A stretch of 64,000 nucleotides of DNA from Clostridiales bacterium (GTDB lineage Bacteria; Bacillota; Clostridia; Saccharofermentanales; Saccharofermentanaceae), in the NCBI GenBank assembly GCA_017513085.1, contig JAFWDK010000022.1, forward strand, positions 68,919-132,918, written 5' to 3'. This document shows, piece by piece, positions 30,372 to 38,847 of the stretch. Made by a program: the position numbers and the translations under genes. Every line of letters starts with the position of its first letter. The stretch's first letter is position 1. The notes under the pieces were generated by a model. The model saw nothing but the letters and a program-made list of their open reading frames with translations, was not told where the DNA came from and did not search any database.

Positions 30372-31367
30372 ATGAGTATGCTGGAAAAAATCAAGAACAA
30401 GGCACGTGCTAACGTGAAGAAGATCGTACTTCCGGAGGGCGATGAACCACGTACAGTGAAGGCTGCGGTGCAGATCGTAAAAGAGGGTCTGGCTACCCCG
30501 ATCCTTCTTGGTGCTGCAGACAAGATCGCTGCAGTCGCTTCTGAACAGGGCGTAGATATTTCCGGGATCGAAACGATCGACCCGGCAACAAGTGAGAAAG
30601 CAAAAGAATATGCGCAAGTGCTTTTTGAGCTGAGAAAGGCGAAAGGCGTAACCGAAGAGGATGCCGCGAAGCTGGTTTCTGATCCGATGTATTACGGCAT
30701 CATGATGGTCAAGCTCGATGAGGCGGACGGCCTCGTTTCCGGTGCGGTGCATACGACAGGCGATATGCTTCGTCCGGCATTGCAGATCATCAAGGCGAAG
30801 CCGGGCATGTCGATCGTGTCCAGCAGCTTCCTGATGGAGTGCCCGAACAAGGAACTCGGTGAGGATGGTCTTCTGGTTTATGCAGACTGTGTCGTGAATC
30901 CTTGCCCGAATGCGCAGGAACTGGCGCAGATCGCAGTATCGGCTGCAGAGACGGCGAGAGTCCTCTGCGGTATCGAAGAGCCGAGAGTAGCACTTCTTTC
31001 CTTCTCCACGAAGGGCAGTGCCAAGCACGATCTGGTGACCAAAGTCCAGGAAGCAACAAAGATTGCACACGAACTGGCACCGGATCTCCTTCTGGATGGC
31101 GAGATGCAGTTTGATGCGGCACTGGTTCCGTCCGTTGGCGCTTCAAAAGCACCGGGCAGCCCGGTCGCCGGCCGTGCGAATGTCCTGATCTTCCCGGATC
31201 TGCAGGCGGGTAACATCGGTTACAAGATCACTCAGCGTATCGGTAATGCAGATTGCTTTGCTGTGCTCCAGGGTCTTGCTAAGCCTTGTAATGACCTGTC
31301 CCGTGGATGCTCTGTCGAGGATATCGTCAATACTGTTGCAATGACGGCGGTACAGGCAACCTGCTAA
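30372..31367 (+). CDS. pta: Phosphate acetyltransferase (short class)
   Basis: IVLPEGDEPR, ADGLVSGAVHTTGD.LRPALQII, SFSTKGSA, DGEMQFDAA, FPDLQAGNIGYK, NDLSRGCS; RBS aaggagg before ATG 30372. Confidence 0.93.
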   Translation: MSMLEKIKNKARANVKKIVLPEGDEPRTVKAAVQIVKEGLATPILLGAADKIAAVASEQGVDISGIETIDPATSEKAKEYAQVLFELRKAKGVTEEDAAKLVSDPMYYGIMMVKLDEADGLVSGAVHTTGDMLRPALQIIKAKPGMSIVSSSFLMECPNKELGEDGLLVYADCVVNPCPNAQELAQIAVSAAETARVLCGIEEPRVALLSFSTKGSAKHDLVTKVQEATKIAHELAPDLLLDGEMQFDAALVPSVGASKAPGSPVAGRANVLIFPDLQAGNIGYKITQRIGNADCFAVLQGLAKPCNDLSRGCSVEDIVNTVAMTAVQATC

Positions 31368-31413
31368 AAAATAGCACAAGTGATACAATAAAGAAAAAAC
31401 TCCGGAGGAGAAT

Positions 31414-32313
31414 ATGGACGAACAGAAGAAACAGCAATGGATCAAAACCGTGCAGGATTTTACTGCGATGACAGGCATTTATCTGCCGGATGATGTGGAA
31501 GCTCAGCTTCGTCACCTGGCCGAGGTGGAAACCGTGGAACATGCAAAAACCATGTATTCCTGCATGATCGAAGATCTTTCGCTGGCTAAGAAGCTTCATC
31601 GTCCTCTTTGTCAGGATACAGGTGTCCTTCAGTATTTTGTAGAAGTTGGCACACAGTTTCCTTATCTTGATGAGATCGAGGATGTACTGGTTCAGGCGGC
31701 TAGAAAAGCAACGCTGGAGACACCTCTTCGTCCAAACGTGGTGGAACCGCTTGGCGAGCATAATACCGGCGATAATACCGGATATGGCGCGCCGTATATC
31801 GAATATGATCTGGTACCTGGCGGCAAGGATCTTCGCCTCCGTATGTATATGGCCGGCGGCGGATGCTCGCTTCCGGGCAGAAGCAAAGTGCTTATGCCGT
31901 TAGAGGGTGTAGAAGGTGTTAAGAAATTCGTCTACCAGACGATCTTAGACTGGGGCGTAAATGCATGCCCGCCGCTTTGCATCGGTATCGGACTGGGCAC
32001 TTGCGCGGCAACATCAGCGATGCTTTCGAAGAAAGCTCTTCTTCGCCCGATCGGTACACATTCCAAGTATGAAAAAGTAGCGAAACTTGAAGATGAGATC
32101 CGTGACGGTCTCAACTCTATGGGTATAGCACCTCTCGGATTCGGCGGATCGAACACGGTATTGAGTGTCAATATCGAAGCCGCCGCACACCACCCGGCAA
32201 CGCTCGGTGTAGGTATTACTACAGGCTGCTGGGCAACACGTCGTGGGGAGATGATCATCCACGAGGATCTTTCCTACGAGATATTGTCCCACAAGAAATC
32301 CCTGGAGGTATAA
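31414..32313 (+). CDS. ttdA: L(+)-tartrate dehydratase alpha subunit (class I fumarase family, Fe-S)
   Basis: [42 protein letters not shown] closely follow E. coli TtdA as recalled. Confidence 0.85.
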   Translation: MDEQKKQQWIKTVQDFTAMTGIYLPDDVEAQLRHLAEVETVEHAKTMYSCMIEDLSLAKKLHRPLCQDTGVLQYFVEVGTQFPYLDEIEDVLVQAARKATLETPLRPNVVEPLGEHNTGDNTGYGAPYIEYDLVPGGKDLRLRMYMAGGGCSLPGRSKVLMPLEGVEGVKKFVYQTILDWGVNACPPLCIGIGLGTCAATSAMLSKKALLRPIGTHSKYEKVAKLEDEIRDGLNSMGIAPLGFGGSNTVLSVNIEAAAHHPATLGVGITTGCWATRRGEMIIHEDLSYEILSHKKSLEV

Positions 32314-32317
32314 GAAG

Positions 32318-32899
32318 ATGAAGAAGATTTTAACTACACCGATCTCGTATGATCAGATCAAAGACCTGAATATCGGAGATACTGTTTATCTTACCGGTTA
32401 CCTCTCAACCTGCCGTGACAGCGGACACCGTCGTGTCGTACAGGAAGGGATCATGCCGACGAAAGTGGAACTCAAGGAAGGCGCGATCTTCCACGCCGGC
32501 CCGATCGTAGGAAAAGACGAAAACGGCAAGCAGTATATGGTTTCCATCGGACCGACTACGAGTCGAAGAATGGAATCTGCTGAGGCTGAATTCATCGAGA
32601 AGACGGGAGTACGTCTTGTTATCGGTAAGGGTGGCATGATGGAGAAGACCGCAAAAGCATGTAAAGAATTCGGCGCGATCCACTGTGCTTTCCCGGGTGG
32701 CTGCGCAGTTGTTGCCGCACAGGAAGTCGAGGAGATCGAAGACGTAGAGTGGATGGATTTCGGTATGCCGGAAGCGCTCTGGATCATGAAAGTGAAGGAG
32801 TTCGGACCGTTGATCGTTTCGATCGATACGAAAGGAAACAATCTTTTCGAGAATAACACGAAGATATTTAAGGAACGCTTTGATAAACTTGTCGACTAA
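32318..32899 (+). CDS. ttdB: L(+)-tartrate dehydratase beta subunit
   Basis: [51 protein letters not shown]. Confidence 0.85.
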   Translation: MKKILTTPISYDQIKDLNIGDTVYLTGYLSTCRDSGHRRVVQEGIMPTKVELKEGAIFHAGPIVGKDENGKQYMVSIGPTTSRRMESAEAEFIEKTGVRLVIGKGGMMEKTAKACKEFGAIHCAFPGGCAVVAAQEVEEIEDVEWMDFGMPEALWIMKVKEFGPLIVSIDTKGNNLFENNTKIFKERFDKLVD

Positions 32900-32908
32900 G
32901 AGGTAAAG

Positions 32909-33976
32909 ATGAAGAAGAGATTCTTGCCTTTGCTTGTGATCCTGCTTGCGTTGGCCGTGGTTTTAATGGTCGTGGTCATCATGCGTTCGATCCTGAGGAA
33001 GAATGCTTCTTTAACAGCCGGCAGTGAGACAGTGCCGACATATACCTATTCAGATCCGTCGCTGATCGGAATGAATATCAGCGATATGGGTCAGGAGATC
33101 TTGGATTCTGTAGATTATTCTACCCGTGGACGTGCTTCGTATCAGAAGGGCGTAGTGGAAAAGGACATTGAAGCCTATCAAGGACGCGGGTACTCCGGAT
33201 GGCCTTCGGACGTACAGGTGGAGTCCTCACTCTCAATAAGAAAATACGGTGACGATCAGGTGTATTCGCTTCAAGACCCGCAAAACCCGGATTCATACGA
33301 CCGGATAGTGCTTTTCGTGCATGGCGGCGGATATATCATGGATCTTTCGCAGTCGACAGTTAGTCTGTGTGACGAGATCAGAAAGACGACTCATTCCCGG
33401 GTGGATATCCCGCTTTACCAACCGATCTATAATGCTAACTGTGAAGACGCCTATGAGTTACTCCTGAATATGTATAAGGACCTTCTTTCCGAAGGCAAAG
33501 AACTCGCCATCATGGGTGATTCGGCCGGTGGCGGTCTGGCGCTCGGTTTTACGCTTTATCTTCGTGAATTGGGCATGAAGGTCCCGGACAAGATGGTGCT
33601 GATCTGCCCGTGGGTCGATGTCACGCTATCCAATCCGAAGATCGGGGAGTATCAAGAAAAAGACCGGCTTCTCGGCGTATATGGCCTGACTCTTCTGGGG
33701 AAAATGTGGGCGGATACGATCGATGTTCAAGATTACCGCGTAAGCCCGATCTATGGTTCTTTTGGCAAAGAAAAAGAAATGCCGGATACACTTCTCATCT
33801 GCGGAACAGCAGATATCATGTACCCGGACACGGAACTTCTTTATGAAAAACTGAAAGCGGAGGGCCATAAAGTCCGGATGATCATTGGGGAAGGGCTTTT
33901 CCATGTGTATCCCATGTTACAGATCCCGGAGGCGTTTACGACCAGAGCGATCATCGAAGAATTCCTCGCTTCTTGA
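32909..33976 (+). CDS. Membrane-anchored alpha/beta hydrolase (HSL-type esterase)
   Basis: N-terminal TM; HGGGY, GDSAGG nucleophile, D and H (GLFHVY). Confidence 0.88.
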   Translation: MKKRFLPLLVILLALAVVLMVVVIMRSILRKNASLTAGSETVPTYTYSDPSLIGMNISDMGQEILDSVDYSTRGRASYQKGVVEKDIEAYQGRGYSGWPSDVQVESSLSIRKYGDDQVYSLQDPQNPDSYDRIVLFVHGGGYIMDLSQSTVSLCDEIRKTTHSRVDIPLYQPIYNANCEDAYELLLNMYKDLLSEGKELAIMGDSAGGGLALGFTLYLRELGMKVPDKMVLICPWVDVTLSNPKIGEYQEKDRLLGVYGLTLLGKMWADTIDVQDYRVSPIYGSFGKEKEMPDTLLICGTADIMYPDTELLYEKLKAEGHKVRMIIGEGLFHVYPMLQIPEAFTTRAIIEEFLAS

Positions 33977-33979
33977 GGA

Positions 33980-35605
33980 TCACTCCCATTTCAGGATCGG
34001 ATCTAGAAGGGCGGAGACTTCATCTGCCATTTCCTTGGGCATTCTTTCAAATGACGCTACATGTGAAGCTTCCGGCAAAGTGTAGATATGAATGTTCTCA
34101 TTATCCGTCACATCCGGAAGCCGTACGGAGTACCAGACATCTGCTGCGCCATAGACCATGACGACAGTACTCTTTGTCTCATGTGACCACTTGACCATGT
34201 TGTTATATAAGGTCGGATCAAAAGTGAAAGCCTGATACTGTTCCGGGGTAAAGACCATACGGAAAAGAAGTCCTTTCTCCATATCCTCCGTGACTACGAG
34301 TTTAGCGCCGGAGCCATCTTTTTCCAGTGCTGCACGAAGGAAAGAGAAGTCGTACTCATGCTCGCCATTCTGCTTGGCTGCCTGCACATAGTAAGCAAAA
34401 TATTCGGAATTGTGCGCCCAGACATTTGCAGGGTTGGTATCGTAGATGAGTTGCAATAGGAGATCAAGATATTCCGAACCCCCGGAATCCTTCTGATCCA
34501 GAATATTCCGGATAAGCTTGAAATCCGGGAAATACTGCCAGGTGGTCGTTGCAAATTCCAAGACAGCCATATCAAAGAGAATGTCCGGTGTTACGAAATC
34601 CGTAAAAACACATCCGTCTTCAATACCTTTCTGATAGTATTTCGGGGCTAATACATCGCGATGCTTGATGGCTTCGACCTGAAACTCCAAGACCAGATCA
34701 CGGTACTTTTTTGCCTGGTCCTTTCCATAAGCAGTATCGCCGATCTCGGTATAGATATAATCAAAGAAACCCGGTGCATCCTGATCCGAGCCTCCCGGTG
34801 CTACGAAAGATACAAAAACGTCAGCATCTTCCGGGTGAAAATATGATTGCATGTGTGTGAGCTGACCGCCCTTGCTGGCTCCGGTGAACATGCTCTTTCC
34901 GTGAAGGATCTTCTTGAACTGCGTAATGATGAAATGAAAGTCTTCTGCAGCATTTTCAGCGGTCAGATATTCCCAGTAATCCAGAGAATCAATGGAGAGG
35001 CCATCCGGTACGGAGCCACCAAAGAAACGATGCTCCATCTGGACTTGGTTGGTGTTATAGAACCATGATAGATCGCGCCTTGAATCGAAGGCAGAAAATT
35101 CCATTTCATAGAGATTATAACCATCGCATAGAAAAGTGTTAGTAGCTTTTTCGTCGACAAATATGAAAGTCGTTCTTAATGGAAAAGAACCTTTAGCCGG
35201 CTCTTTCCAGTCCAGTGGCATATCAAAAATGACGGTATATTTATCCGCGATCTGGTTTGGTGCTCCTGTCTGGATGATCGCCGATTTTTCACAGGAGCGG
35301 ACTCTTTCCAGATTCTTGATCTGATCTTCCAGGGTTGCTTCGCCAGAAGCACTGGAAGATGCCGCCGTAGTGTCTTCTGTTTCAGAAGAAGTTGTCTCCA
35401 GGGAAGAGCTTTCGTCCGATGATTCGGTTTCAGAAGAAGATTCCGTCTTTTCTTCTGAAGAAGTTGTTTCCTCAGTAGTTGTTGTCTCTTCCGTAGAAGT
35501 CCTTCTTGATTTAGATGATGACGCTGTTTTTTCTGAATGACAACTGCACAGCGAGAGAATCAGTGCTGCTGAAAGAAGGGTAGATATGATTTTTCTGTGT
35601 AACAT
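33980..35605 (-). CDS. Lipoprotein serine peptidase, S37/S28-like (tripeptidyl aminopeptidase-like)
   Basis: Lipobox LCSC, S/T/E-rich linker, EHRFFG.S.P, YLTAENAA.D.H, GASKGG, YG..D.W; RBS ggaggt before ATG 35605. Confidence 0.78.
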   Translation of the reverse strand: MLHRKIISTLLSAALILSLCSCHSEKTASSSKSRRTSTEETTTTEETTSSEEKTESSSETESSDESSSLETTSSETEDTTAASSSASGEATLEDQIKNLERVRSCEKSAIIQTGAPNQIADKYTVIFDMPLDWKEPAKGSFPLRTTFIFVDEKATNTFLCDGYNLYEMEFSAFDSRRDLSWFYNTNQVQMEHRFFGGSVPDGLSIDSLDYWEYLTAENAAEDFHFIITQFKKILHGKSMFTGASKGGQLTHMQSYFHPEDADVFVSFVAPGGSDQDAPGFFDYIYTEIGDTAYGKDQAKKYRDLVLEFQVEAIKHRDVLAPKYYQKGIEDGCVFTDFVTPDILFDMAVLEFATTTWQYFPDFKLIRNILDQKDSGGSEYLDLLLQLIYDTNPANVWAHNSEYFAYYVQAAKQNGEHEYDFSFLRAALEKDGSGAKLVVTEDMEKGLLFRMVFTPEQYQAFTFDPTLYNNMVKWSHETKSTVVMVYGAADVWYSVRLPDVTDNENIHIYTLPEASHVASFERMPKEMADEVSALLDPILKWE

Positions 35606-35633
35606 ATGTGGGACCTCCACTTAGAATAAGACC

Positions 35634-35668
35634 ATTATACGTAACGAAGGTCCGGATAGAGTGACAGT
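35634..35668 (-). promoter_or_regulatory. Promoter motif ACTGTCAC-N19-CGTATAAT (copy 1)
   Basis: Same two boxes with identical spacing at 45466-45500. Confidence 0.6.
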
Positions 35669-35686
35669 TCTCTCATGATAATTTGA

Positions 35687-37027
35687 TTAATGGTTTTCAG
35701 ATCCGCCAAGTGAAATCCTTTTCTCGACTTCTTCCAGACTGAGGTCATGCTCTTTGGCAATGCGGGCCAGGTCTTCATATTCAAACTTGACGCGAGTCAC
35801 ACCATACCCGCTGGACACCTTGCGCCGTACAGGCCCAAACGATGTATCGATCGTTTCGATCTTGCGGTCTAAAACATAGCGCTGGTAAGTCAGTTCCCGG
35901 ATACCGATCGTGGTCGTATTTGCAAAGATCAGCTTGACCATTTTTTCACGGTCCGAAGGCTTGCAGAGCATCCGTAACAGAATACCGGGACGGGATTTCT
36001 TCATGCCGGCCGGAACAGTATAGACCTCGTTAGCTCCTTCAGAAAGGAACTTTTCCATGGCAAAAGCAACCGCCTCGGCGGTCATATCGTCCACATTACA
36101 GGAAAGCTCAATGACTGTATTTCCGTCTTCACATGAAGCCGTATGTTCTGGTTCAGTAACGGATACAGCTTCTTGTGGCAGGGAAGGGGAGGCCGGCAGT
36201 TCTGTTTTCTCACCGATCATAGCGCGCACGCAGTTAGCCTGAGGGAAATCTTTCTTTCCCATACCATATCCGATCGCTTGGGTGGACATCATCGGCTGGG
36301 AGCCGAAGCGTGTGGCAAAATGCTTGAGAAGCGCGGCACCGGTCGGTGTGCAGAGCTCACCCTGGATATTCCCGCCATATGTCGGGATATTGCGAAGGAT
36401 ATAAGCCGTAGCCGGCGCAGGGACCGGAAGAATGCCGTGCGCGCAGTGCACCTGCCCGCTACCGACATGGATCGGCGATACGACCACTTCGTCCGGTTTG
36501 AGTTTGTGCATCAGGAGACAGACAGCTACGATATCCGCTACAGCATCCATCGTTCCCACTTCATGGAAGTGGATCTGGTCGACAGGTCTTCCATGAACGT
36601 GGCTTTCCGCTTCTGCGATCTCCTGATAGACTGCCATGACATCGAGTGCGACCATAGTAGGGAGCGAAAGGTGTCCTGTCACAATATGTTCGATGTCGTG
36701 AAGGCTGCTATGATGATGGGCATGGTCATGAGAATGGTCGTGCCCGTGCTCATGCTCATGTTCATGTTCATGGTGGTGCTCGTGATCATGGTGATGTTCA
36801 TGCTCATGAAGATGCTCATCTTCCTCTTCACCATCAACGGTGACAGAAACATGTGTGCCGGTGATCCCGCACTTCACGGCAGGATCGGCCGAATATCTGA
36901 CACCGGGGATCCCCAGGGAATTCAGTCTGGCGACAAAAGCCTCGCGGTCCGGAAGAAGCTCAAGGAGAGCGGCAGTCAGCATATCGCCGGCGGCACCCAT
37001 GGAACAATCGATGTACAGTGTTTTCAT
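35687..37027 (-). CDS. larC: Nickel pincer cofactor biosynthesis protein LarC
   Basis: YIDCSMGAAGDM, long His-rich tract, HFHEVG..DAVADI, CAHG.LPVPAPAT, ELCTPTGAA, NVDD, MKKSRPG, TTTIGIR, K.EYED. Confidence 0.95.
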   Translation of the reverse strand: MKTLYIDCSMGAAGDMLTAALLELLPDREAFVARLNSLGIPGVRYSADPAVKCGITGTHVSVTVDGEEEDEHLHEHEHHHDHEHHHEHEHEHEHGHDHSHDHAHHHSSLHDIEHIVTGHLSLPTMVALDVMAVYQEIAEAESHVHGRPVDQIHFHEVGTMDAVADIVAVCLLMHKLKPDEVVVSPIHVGSGQVHCAHGILPVPAPATAYILRNIPTYGGNIQGELCTPTGAALLKHFATRFGSQPMMSTQAIGYGMGKKDFPQANCVRAMIGEKTELPASPSLPQEAVSVTEPEHTASCEDGNTVIELSCNVDDMTAEAVAFAMEKFLSEGANEVYTVPAGMKKSRPGILLRMLCKPSDREKMVKLIFANTTTIGIRELTYQRYVLDRKIETIDTSFGPVRRKVSSGYGVTRVKFEYEDLARIAKEHDLSLEEVEKRISLGGSENH

Positions 37028-37779
37028 TTTTTCGCCTCCATATGGTTGATCATGCTGGCCAGATAACCCGCGCCAAAACCATTGTCGATATTCACAACGG
37101 AAACGCCGCTGGCACAAGAATTCAGCATCGAGAGAAGAGCAGATAGTCCTCCAAAAGCAGCGCCATAGCCGACGCTGGTCGGTACGGCAATGACCGGACA
37201 ATCGGCAAGGCCTCCGACCACACTTGCAAGTGCGCCTTCCATGCCTGCGATGGCAATGATCACACTCGCATTCATGATTTCTTCTTTGTGGTCCAGAAGA
37301 CGATGAAGACCGGCAACACCGACGTCATAGAGACGAACTACTTCGTTTCCGAATATTTCAGCTGTACGGGCCGCTTCCTCAGCTACGGGAAGATCACTTG
37401 TCCCACCGGTGGCAACTACGATCCTGCCTATTCCGTCAGGGGCAGGAATATCACCGATGAAGCCTATCTTCGAGTCAGCGTAATAGGTGAGGGGATGAAC
37501 TTTCGTGATCTCCTCCGAGGCTTCCTGCGAAAGTCTTGTGATCAGGACCCGGTTCTGACCGGCACGGATCATGACATCGAGGATTGCGATCATCTGTTCA
37601 GGAGTCTTGCTTGCGCCATAGATCACTTCGGCCACTCCCTGACGCACCTTCCGGTGAAGGTCGACCTTGGCAAATCCGATATCTTCATACGGGGCAAGCT
37701 TCAGTTGAAGAAGTGCCTCATCAACGGATAGTTCACCTTTACTGACTTGTTCAAGAATGTGTTTTACTTCAGTTTTCAT
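37024..37779 (-). CDS. larB: Nickel pincer cofactor biosynthesis protein LarB (PurE-like)
   Basis: D.HR..RQG..EVIYG.SKT, GTSDLPVAEEA, DVGVAG.HRL, AGMEGAL.SV, PTSVGYG, LNSCASG..VVNIDNGFGA. Confidence 0.95.
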   Translation of the reverse strand: MKTEVKHILEQVSKGELSVDEALLQLKLAPYEDIGFAKVDLHRKVRQGVAEVIYGASKTPEQMIAILDVMIRAGQNRVLITRLSQEASEEITKVHPLTYYADSKIGFIGDIPAPDGIGRIVVATGGTSDLPVAEEAARTAEIFGNEVVRLYDVGVAGLHRLLDHKEEIMNASVIIAIAGMEGALASVVGGLADCPVIAVPTSVGYGAAFGGLSALLSMLNSCASGVSVVNIDNGFGAGYLASMINHMEAKK

Positions 37780-37791
37780 AATTCCGCCTTC

Positions 37792-37825
37792 AAAAAAACG
37801 GCTCCGCGGAAACCCCGCGAAGCCG
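37792..37825 (-). terminator. Intrinsic terminator immediately upstream of larB
   Basis: Minus strand cggcttcgcgg-ggttt-ccgcggagccg-TTTTTTT, ending 12 nt before the larB ATG. Confidence 0.8.
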
Positions 37826-37843
37826 CCGTTTGTAACAATGTTA

Positions 37844-38161
37844 TCAGTTCTTCTTCGAAAGGAGCGCGCCCTTGACGACACCCTTCGGATCTTTGATCAA
37901 GAGCTTGATCAGCCAGATGATCAGGCCCAGTGCCACGACAGTCAGACCAAGGAATAAATCATTGAGCATATCCTGTGCGGCAGGATGAAAAAACTCTTCC
38001 TTCAGTTCAGCGTACTCGAAGACCGCATCGACTGTCCACATCAGGGAAGCACCCCAATAGATCAGGGAAAGTGTTCCGACATGCATATCGTCATTCGGAG
38101 CATGTTTATACCAAACTATAGTCGATATAATTGCTGCAAATACAGTAATTAATAAAGTCAT
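37844..38161 (-). CDS. Small membrane protein (3 TM), unknown function
   Basis: 105 aa, hydrophobic; YWGASLMWTVD motif; RBS aaggag. Confidence 0.75.
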   Translation of the reverse strand: MTLLITVFAAIISTIVWYKHAPNDDMHVGTLSLIYWGASLMWTVDAVFEYAELKEEFFHPAAQDMLNDLFLGLTVVALGLIIWLIKLLIKDPKGVVKGALLSKKN

Positions 38162-38175
38162 ACGATTACTACTCC

Positions 38176-38583
38176 TTACTTCTTGTTAGCAGCAAGCTTG
38201 AGTTTTGCGGCTTTCTTCTCGAGCACGCTGGAAACGATGACCATGCCTGCCCATACGGCAGTTACCAGAAGTGCCATTGTGACACCGACGGTGGACATCT
38301 CATGAAGCATCTCTGCTTTGCTTTCCGGATCACCTGCTGCGGTCAGGAAAGGAAACCACGGTACGACTTCTCCGTGCCAGACGTGTTCCAGAGCCAGAAG
38401 AGCAGATCCTCCCCAAAGAAGATTGTTGAGCCATCCGAGTTTTCTGGAAAAAGAAGTCTTCTCAATGATCTCATCGTGTGATCCGGAATGAGAGATCTTC
38501 TGGGATACCTCATGTTTTTTCAAAACTTTTGCGGCAATTGTCGTGACGATCGCTTCTGCTGCAGGAACTATAAAACAAGCCAT
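38176..38583 (-). CDS. Small membrane protein, unknown function
   Basis: N-terminal MACF, LWGGS.LLALEHVWHGE..P.FPFLTA, MLHEM; RBS aaggagg. Confidence 0.78.
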   Translation of the reverse strand: MACFIVPAAEAIVTTIAAKVLKKHEVSQKISHSGSHDEIIEKTSFSRKLGWLNNLLWGGSALLALEHVWHGEVVPWFPFLTAAGDPESKAEMLHEMSTVGVTMALLVTAVWAGMVIVSSVLEKKAAKLKLAANKK

Positions 38584-38661
38584 TTTTGTCCTCCTTGTTT
38601 ATTCAGACAAAGAAATACTTTTCTTCTGTCTACTCACCCATAATATATTCAATACTCATTT

Positions 38662-38691
38662 ATTATACTTTTTTTGCCCTTATCTTTTCAA
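38662..38691 (-). promoter_or_regulatory. SigA promoter for the membrane-pair/larBC unit
   Basis: TTGAAA-N18-TATAAT. Confidence 0.55.
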
Positions 38692-38847
38692 GGGAGAAGC
38701 TATCGATGACAAATAATGAGAAGTCCCAACAAGTGGATCATTAAGTTTCAAATTTTTTAACATTTGCATGGTGTTTCTATTATTTGTAGGAAGTATAATA
38801 ATCTTGAGGACTGTTGCGATGGTTCAGGCAGGGGAAGGAGAAGGACG

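Noticed and set aside
29251-31070. Long antisense ORFs (372 aa and 234 aa) opposite buk and pta; similar ones at 1688-2671, 7387-8367, 28154-29089, 50916-52223 and 62055-63149
   Set aside because: Shadow frames of well-supported genes, explained by codon bias or repeats; no RBS or recognisable motifs.
36700-36830. CAT/GAG-rich low-complexity repeat
   Set aside because: Encodes the expected His-rich tract of LarC.
37028-37201. ORF-track N-terminal extensions of larC (also larB, the HK, the RR, the EAL gene and the primase-helicase)
   Set aside because: They overlap neighbouring genes or promoters; downstream ATGs with RBS or stop-start coupling fit the family N-termini better.
38584-38660. 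Possible NiCo riboswitch in the leader of the larBC unit
   Set aside because: The leader is short and AT-rich with only one weak hairpin; no four-way junction is visible.
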